This document shows, piece after piece, positions 50,201 through 59,200 of a stretch of DNA of 64,000 nt. How positions within the stretch are numbered: the stretch's first letter is position 1; every line of letters begins with the position of its first letter. The stretch is from Camelus dromedarius (lineage: Eukaryota), in NCBI RefSeq assembly GCF_036321535.1, contig NC_087438.1, positions 62,001 through 126,000 on the forward strand, given 5' to 3'. The notes under the pieces are model-generated. The model was not told the DNA's origin and ran no database searches. It saw only the letters and a program-made list of their open reading frames with translations. The position numbers were made by a program, and so were the translations under genes.

Positions 50201-53200
50201 AGTCTCTCCTGGGCCCAATGCTTTGCTGCTGGCACTCGCTGAGTGTCATCTGGGGCCCGAGCAGGCCGGGCTCTGGGATGGCTGCAGCACCCCTGTCAGA
50301 CCGCCCCTAGGCTCTCCATAGACCTGTGAAGAGTTTATTTATCGTACCAGACAGATAGGCCACAGGGACACGTGAGCTTTATTTCACGTTTGCCAGTTCA
50401 GTGATAAAAGCTTCGAAACCATCACTGCCCATGGCAGGCACCTGCACACTTGCAGTGCCCTAGAATTGCCCACCGTGTAGGCGCCAGGGCCAGAGCCCTC
50501 AGGACACAGAATCCAAGGGGCCAGGGCAGGGCAGGAACTCTCTGCCCTGTCTCTGCCCCTCGGGCTCCCACACCAGGCAGAGGTGTGGATTGCTTCATGG
50601 TCTCTCCAGCCCTGAGGCCCCCAGTCAAGTCTGGTCAGCAGTTGTCCCTGTGGGCCGAGGGTCTTCCTCTCACTCTGGCCTTTGACTCACCCTGGTCCTT
50701 GGTTTGGGCGACTTTGTCAGCAGGACAAGCATGACCTGAGTTTACTCCAGTTGCTTGTTGGCTACAAGCTACTGAGTGGGGCCCACCAGGCCATCTGGGC
50801 CATGACCATCCCTCATTGCTCTGACCAGTGCCCTCCTTTGCTGTGCAGGTGAGCAGGTGGACACCGCAGTGCAGTGAGTGCCTGGAACACCTGGTTGCTG
50901 AGGATCTGAAGCGTTGTCACCAGGAGACCACAGAGCCACCCATGCAGAGCCTCCCCAGGGCGAGTGTGGCAGTGTCGGGCCTGGGCGGCCAGCAGGCACT
51001 GCCTCAGGGGCACACCTCGTGGCTGCAGTGCCAGCAGACCCGACTCCCCTGGCAAGAGGCCTGTGGAGAGGCAGCCCTGGGCCCTAGCACCCCGCCTGTG
51101 GTCCAGAGCCCCCCGAATCATGAGCTTGCCCGGGGCCTGGAGGAGCAGCCCCCTGAGCCTGCCTGGACCCTCGTCAGTGACCCTGAGGGCTGCACTGGAG
51201 AGTCGTCCCGACGGCTGCCCAGCCGCCCTGGACAGGCTACTCTGTGTGGGCAGGAGGGTGAGCACCTGGGCACAGGTGTGCAGGACCAGAACAGCAGCTC
51301 CACAGGCTCCTCTGAGCCCTTCCAGACACCAGCTTCCCAGCCCAGGAGGCACCCCCTGAAGAAAATTATGAGAAAAACACAAAGCTTTGAGATTCCTCCA
51401 CCTGAGAGTGACCCCAGGGACTCCCACCAGCCAGGCCACAATGAGATCTTTATCAAAGGAGTGGAGGTGACCAGCATCGCGACCTCAGAGAAGCAGCCCC
51501 TGCCAAGGCCACGTGCCGAGAGCCCCCTGGTCCCTCGGAACCGGAGTCTGTCCTCTCCCTCCAGGATCCACCCCACTGCAGGGGACAGGCAGGGGCAAGC
51601 AGAAAGGTAAGGTTAATTCCCCCCAGCCTGCGAGCCTGGTGGTCAGGGGGACCTAGACCGGCCTGAGGGTCTGGTGGTCAGGGGGACCTAGACCGGTCTG
51701 AGGGCCTGGTAGTCATTGGGGACCTAGACCGGCCTGTGGGCCAGGTGGTCAGGGGGGACCTAGAAACCCAAAGCTGTTAAGTGTGCTTCTGCAAGGTGGG
51801 AAATCCACAGACACCCTACAGGCCCACCCCATTCAGTCCAGGTGGAAATGCTCAGGTCTGAATTTAAACATGACATTAGTTACCTCCCTGTGCTCAGAAC
51901 AGAATCCTGAAAACTGCTTCCTTTTCTGGGCATGTGGTGACCTAGTACACCCGCTCTGATGGTTAAACAACCAACCCGAGTTATTTAGAGTCCATTTGTA
52001 GAAAATCATAATAAGCGAGTCGAGCCCACAATATGAATAAATTACCTTAAAAACTGCTTTTTAAAAAGTCTCTAAGTATTGAGGTAAGAAGTGTGCTTGT
52101 TTATCTGTTGCCCAAAGATGTTTATTTCAGTTTGTTAAATCTATAGGAAGATGTTTGCAGAAAGATACTTTTTGTTAGTTGTTGGGATAAAAAGTGGTCG
52201 AGGGCCCCGCCCACCCCAGTGGTGGTCGGTGGCACTGGCCTGGCCTCGCAGCCTCTGAGTTGCTTGTCCCTGTTCACAGTGAGCACTGGGCTGGAGGGGG
52301 CGTCCTCCTGGGGGTTTTTTGCTCACATGAAGGGCCCATGTGTGCTTCCTCCAGAAAGCAGCTTGAATCTGAACTGAGATGGTTATAGAATTCTCCTCTG
52401 AAACACCTTCTACCTTGTTAAAGGTGGAACCTTGTAGGGGACGAGGAGGTGGCAGGGGTGCATGTTGTGGGCGGCCTGCTGGCTCCTTAAGTTTTCGAGA
52501 CAGCAGAAGGCAGGAGTTAGCCGGTCCACTCGCAAAGGGCCACACGGTCACCCAGAGTGGATGTCTGGGGTCAGGGAGGGAGCAGGCTTATGAAGCTGTC
52601 CTGACTTTGCCGCAGGTGACATGTCCCCCTACACTGTTCACAAGCCTGGAACCCCCAAGCCCAGGTCTGGTCACCAGGACTCCATGCAGCCAGGAAGTCC
52701 TCACACACCAGGGCCGGGGCGGGGGCTTCATGTGAACCACCCCATCTTCCCTGGAAATCCAGACCTGCTGCCTGTTGTCCAGAGGGAGCTCCTGTCCCCT
52801 GGCCAGCAGTCATTTCCACAGAAATTTCTAGCCCTTATGACCTCGTGAGTCAATGTCCATTTACTTGGTCCAACTCTCCAGACCAACTGGTGTGTGTGTT
52901 TTAATTCTGGGTGTTAAAGGACACGTTTTCAGTGAATGTCAACAGGGCCCTCTGGTGTGTGGGGGCATCTCGCACCACAGCTCCAGGACCCTGATGAGCA
53001 GAAGGTGCTGTCTTCCCAGAAGCAAAAAGCACCTATAAAGTCTGTTCTGTGCTGTGGAATGGGGCAGCCCGGGTCTGCTGCAAACAGATGAGCTCACAGC
53101 ATTCTGACCATAGTGCTTTTTTTCCCACCTGAAAAAAAAAAAAAAAAAAACCTCAAGTAAGGACAAATAATGGCAGAAAACACCTGCCAGCTCCCATTGG

Positions 53201-56200
53201 TGTCAACAGGGTTGAGCAGTTTAAGAAGGTAACTGGTAGGGTGCCATCACAGGGTAGAGAAGCAATGAGCCTCGTTACTCATGATGGGGCCAGTTCACCA
53301 GCGACCACAACTTCAAAGTGCAGTTGGTGGGTGCCATCTGCAGGACAGAAGTGCATAGCTGCATGGACCCCACACCAGCCAGAGCCCAGGGAGCCCTTGC
53401 AGGGGGACCCAGCCCAGGCAGGGAGGCGGTGTCTGCTGCTGCCCATCTCTGCCTGCACCATTCCGGGCCTAGGCCGGGTCTCTGTCTTCTGCTCCAGCTG
53501 CTTCTCTGCCTCTGGGTTGGATGCCGCTAAGTAAAGCTGACTTGTGTGTGTCAGGAGCCTGTCTTCTCATAAATGTCCACTACAGCCTTCTTGGCAGAGG
53601 GCTTGCTGTAGGGGGCCTGCGAATCTTCCTCTTGCCAGAGCTGACCCTCAAAGAGGGTGCAGGGGTCAAACCAGCTGGACCTGGGGGTGACTTTAGGGAG
53701 CCTGCGAATCTCCTCCTCAGTTTCCAGAAGGGTTTTCCCTGGAAAAGCGTGGTCACAGCGTGGAAGTGCTTGTACAGCAATGTTCTTCCCGCTATAACCC
53801 CTCCATGCTACTGCTTGTATGTACGTATGTACGTACATACGTATGTATGCATGTACGTATGTATTGTGTATGTACGTACGTGCGTATGTATTGTGTGTAT
53901 GTATGTACTACGTACGTATGTACATACGTACGTACATGTGTATGTACGTACGTATGTGTTGTGTATGTATGTATATATGTACGTATGTATTGTGTGTGTA
54001 TGTATGTACGTATGTATTGTGTATGTATTATGTATTTTCGCAGCAGAGGGGCAGTAATTAGGTTTATTTACTTGGTTTTTTGATGGAGGTGCTGGGGATT
54101 GAAACCAGGACCTCGTGCATGCTAGGTGTGCAACTCTACCACTGAGCTACACCCTCCCCACCCTTTTTAATGTTTTTTTTTTTTTTTTGCTTCTTGTCTT
54201 TTCTCATCTCAGAGGAGCAACTCCAGTAACAGATATGCAGCATGCTCAAAGCTATTCGTTGCCAAAGACAGGAAACCTTATGGGAGTCTTTTTTGTGCAT
54301 CTCTGCTGTGTGTAACCCTGTTAACTTCTCTGGAGTTTCAGCCTCTTCTGTTTCTCACGAGGCAGGAGCCTCATGAGGCCGCCAGCCGCTGGCCTGAGCA
54401 TTCCCTCCGGCTCTGTCTTCCAGCAGCCGACTGCAGCACATAGTGGCCGAGATGATCTTCACAGAGAGGGAGTACGTGAGGTCCTTAGGATACGTCATCG
54501 ACAACTACTTTCCAGAAGTGGAGAGGACCGACCTGCCCCAGGACCTGCGAGGGAAGTGTGGTGTCATCTTTGGGAACTGGGAGAAGCTCTACACCTTCCA
54601 CCGCCAGCACTTCCTCCAGGAGCTGGAGCGCTGCAGGCACTGCCCCTTGGACGTGGGCCGCGGGTTCCTGAGACACGTGAGTACCCCCAGGCCCAGTGTG
54701 GGGGCAGCGCAAGGCCAGCCCAGCGCCTCCTGGGAGACACCCACATTTCAAGCGGGTGGATCCCTGCGTCCGGGTCGGGAGACGCATCCCTAACAGTCAC
54801 CACCGTCGATAGGCAGAGACCACAGCCCGTAGGTCTCCCAGCTCTGGGCTCTCCACCCCTCGTATCAGTGGATGGCACCCTCGTCAAGAGCCCTGGCACA
54901 GGGGCTGCACCTGCGTCATCACACCTAATCTGTCCACAGCCCTGCTGCTCATCACTTGAGGCTGGTTGGCCAAAAGAAAATTCCAAAACCAGTTTGCTCC
55001 CTGCATGTAGGAAGCCCACCTAGTCCCTGTCACAGGCCTCCTGTGAGCCCGCCCCGCTCTCCTCCAGGTGGGCCCTAGGACCTGCCTGGCCAGTTCTGGG
55101 AGCCACGTGGACGCACAGATTAGTCTGAGATAAGTCTCCTCGCAGTCGTGAATGTTGAGTCTTCAATAAAATCCTTAATTTACTCTGAAAAGAAAGCTCT
55201 TTCAACAAGTAGTACCAAGCACCGTTCAGGGCCCTGGGGCAGTGTCTGTGCTGGTTATCATGTGTGAATCACCGTGACCAAATGCCCGTGCTCGAAAGAA
55301 ACCTCACGTTGTGTCTTTTCAGCCATTTCTTAAGAGCTTTTTGCCATAACGTGCAACTTCCATGTTGTTTTATGTTGACAGCAATCCTGAGAATTTTAAA
55401 TGTTAATGAATATTGCAGACTATCCGCAGGCCTGCACTCTGAGCAGCCCCCTCGCCTCTTCCCCAATGCTCGGTACTTTAAGACCGATTCTAGGACTGTG
55501 GCATTGACCCCAGGAGCTCCCACCATGCTTGGGGAGCTGGCAGTGTCTAATGCAGCAGGGTCCCCTCTCCTGACTGCAGGGAGACCTACAGGGCTGGGCG
55601 GGCTCGGGTTCTGACCCCGGGCCAGCTCAGGCACCCCGCTCTCCTTTGCAGGAAGAGCAGTTTGGCCTGTACGCACTCTATAGCAAGAACAAGCCAAGGT
55701 CGGACGCCCTGCTCTGCACCCACGGCAACGCCTTCTTCAAGGTTGTCCCCTGCCTGTGAGCCTGCGAGCCTCGTGGCCCAGTGCAGCCCAGGCTGACCCT
55801 CTGCCCCCTTGCAGGACAAGCAGCGGGAGCTGGGGGACAGGATGGACCTGGCCTCCTACCTGCTGAAGCCAGTGCAGCGTCTGGGCAAGTACGCACTGCT
55901 GCTCCGGGACCTGGTCAAGGAGGCCAGCCACTGCCCCACCCGCGAGCAGGAGCTGGGGGAGCTGCGGGCCGCTGAGGATGTGGTCTGCTTCCAGCTGCGC
56001 CACGGCAACGATCTGCTGGCCATGGACGCCCTCCGCGGCTGCGACGTGAGTGCCACGAGCCCCAGTGGGCTAGAGCAGGCCTGCAGGGGAGTGTCCACGC
56101 TTAAGACCCCAAAGCCCCACCCGGAGGGGAGGGGAGGGGGCTCCAGGGAGACATGGTGTGGAAGGCAGGATGGCTCTTAATGTACCTCAGCTTGTTGGGC

Positions 56201-59200
56201 AATTTTTAAATAACTGGATGCCTGAAAATTTGACCTTGGCCTCAGGCTTTGGGCCTGGACCTGCCAGTTCGCCTCCTCTAGAGGCTGGCAGGGAGGGCAG
56301 GGGCGAGGCCAGTGCTCAAGACCAGCATGGGACCTCCCTCCCAGGCGGGACAAGCCCAGAACTCTCTGGTCGGAATGGAAACACTAGTACCTTGCTAAAG
56401 CAGCATTAAGAGTCTCAAGACACCACAGATTAGCCCCAGGTGGTCACCCCCAGAACCCACAGGCCTGATCTGATTGAGCGATTTGGGAGGGCTCAGCGCC
56501 ACTAAGGACAGGGCCATCCACGGGAGGGAAATGTGGGAGAGGCTGCTCCCCTGGGCTCAGTCATTCGGGAAGCTTTCCACAGAGAGACGTCAGCCTGACC
56601 CCCACCCCAACACAGCCGGCACACGGGCTGCAAGGACCGCCTGGGCGTTAAACACACAGTGAGACTCCAGCAGCATCGACAGGGGGCTTTTGTTAAAGTG
56701 GACAAAGCAGCTGTCAGGTGGAAAGTTAAGTAAAATTGAAGAGAAGTTTCCACTGTAACCTCTGCACAGAGAGTGGGGACGTGTGCATGCAGCCCCCACG
56801 GATGGATGCAGCACCCACATCCCAGCCAGTCTCAGGCACAGCTGGTGTCCTACAACCAGCCCAGTCTGACACTGTCTCCCCAGAGCTGGCGTCAGACCCC
56901 AGGCCAAGGGCTCAGTCACGAGACCACCCCCTGACCCTGCACACACTCCAGATGCCAGTCTGAAGTCAGGCCATGACCTGTGCTTCTGACTGACTGGCTA
57001 TAAACCAGGGGTTCCCACAAGCCCCCCAGGGTTCAATTAATTTGCGAGCATGGCTCACAGAACTCAGGGAAACACTGACCACAAGGTCGCAGTTCATCTT
57101 AAAGGCTATGACTCAGGAACAGCCAGCTGGAAGAGACGCATAGCGCGAGGAGCGGGGAGGGGGCTCAAGCCCTCGCCCTCCCCAGGGGTCAGGGCTGGGG
57201 TCAGGTCCCACCCTCCCTGAGGGAGGCTCGCTCACCTGCAGGTGGACCTGAGGGAGCAGGGGCGGCTGAGGTGCCAGGACGAGTTCCTCGTTTGCTGTGG
57301 GAGGAAGAAGTACCTGAGGCGTGTGTTCCTCTTCGAGGACCTCATCCTGTTCAGCAAGACCCAGAGGGCGGCTGGAGGCGGGGCTGTGTACCTGTACACG
57401 CAGTCCTTCAAGGTAGTGCCAGCGGTGTGTGTTGTTTTCTGTGGTTCTTCCACTGAATTCGGAGAGCCTTGGGCCTCCAGCGGCTGCGAGGGGACATTTG
57501 TCCTTCCCTGCTCCAAGTGCACATCCCAAATGTCTCCTCAACCAGTGGCTTCATTTTGGGCTTGGGTGAAGGCAAACAGAACACGGAGGAGGCATGGCCC
57601 CCACCTGTCCCCCTGCTGGGCCCTGGGGGCGAAGTCTCCTGGGAAGGGCCCCACCCCAAAACCTCACCTGCCGAGCTGGTCAGTGGGGTCCTTAGAGGAG
57701 GTGCCAGGGAACTTTTCTGGGGAAGGGATGACTGAGGCCCACGAGGGAGCTGTGCGGTCAGGGCAGGAGTGCGATCATCCAGCCTCGAGCCAACCACTCG
57801 GTTTCTGGGGGACGGGACCTCCAGCACTGAGGTGTGGGGTCAGACATCAGCCAGGAAGCAGTCGGTTGTCCAAAGGGAAGAGTCTGAGGTCCCCTTGGTG
57901 CTTGTGGCTGCAGACGGCGGAGATTGGGATGACAGAGAACATCGGGGACAGCGGCTTGAGGTTTGAGATCTGGTTCCGCAGGCGGCGGAAACCCCAGGAC
58001 ACCTACGTCCTCCAGGCGAGCTCCGCAGAGGTCAAGACCGCCTGGACGGATGTCATAAGGAGGATCCTGTGGCGGCAGGCGCTGCGGAACAGAGGTGGGG
58101 CAGGGCGGAGGGGAGGGCCTCTCTGCATGCAGAGCTGGGTATGGGTCATGGGCAGTCCCAGGGCCCCTCAGTCAGCTCATTCACCGGGTAGTGCCTGGAT
58201 CCACCCCTCAGCACACAACACTTCCTCTTAGAACAATGAATAAGACCCCTGCCCCACACGCTAGAGAAGGATCCCACCCAGGCTCCCAGACGCCCTCAGA
58301 CCTGCTGAGTTGAGTTTCCTGCCCCACCCTGTTGTCAAGGACCCCTGGTCCCCTGGATGCTGCGCTGATGGCCAGCCTGTGGTCTCCCCGCAGGGAAGGC
58401 CCCCCACCCCCGTCCTCTCCTCCCTTTGACTTCATCACTGGGGCACCTCTGTCTACCCCCAGGTGCCCGGCTGCTACAAATACCATTGTCATAGCGACCC
58501 CTCCAAGCAGGTGCTCCTCGAGGCTTGACCCCAAGGCCTGAGAAACCCTAACACCCTAGCATCCAAACATGACCACCTGGCCCTCAGGGCCTGCCACCCT
58601 GGCCAGAGCCTTGACTTGTCACCAGAGATGCCCCACAGCACCCTCAACTGCTGCCTCCTTCAGCACACCAACATGCACAGACATGCATGTGCTCATACAG
58701 AAACATACGTACAGACACGCGTGCGTGCACACACACACACGGCTGCTGTACTCAGGGCACCCAGTGGCTCCTCAGCCCTCTAGGACTCAGTCAGCCCTCG
58801 TGAGGAGCAGGACGCCTAGTCCCTCCACCCTGCCATCCCCTCTGCTCCTGTCTCTCCTTCAGCCCCCCAACCACAGTTGCCGTCTTGTTTCTCTCTGCTT
58901 GGTTTTCCAAGCATGAACTCACGCTCAGACTCTCACCTCCTCTCAGTATCAGGCACGTGGACACTTGTTAGTTTGTCTTTCACGTGGCCACGCCCTGCCT
59001 GGGGGCCTCTGTCCCCCTCCAAGATGTCCCTTCATCTGCAGACAGGGACTGTCCCCTCCCTCCCTGGTTGGACACCCAGTTTCTTGGCTCACCCCCTTGG
59101 GCTCCCTGAAAAAGGCTGGGCCGGCACTGCAGCAGGTGCAGTGTCCCAGCAACACCCGGGAGCAGGGCAGGGAGCAGAGCGTCGTCAGGGTGGAAGTAAA

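Noticed and set aside
53521..54083. Tyr/Val/Cys/Met-rich ORFs
   Set aside because: Translation of the TATG/TACG microsatellite.
58543..58560. aaaccctaacaccctagc telomere-like words
   Set aside because: Single hexamer, expected by chance.
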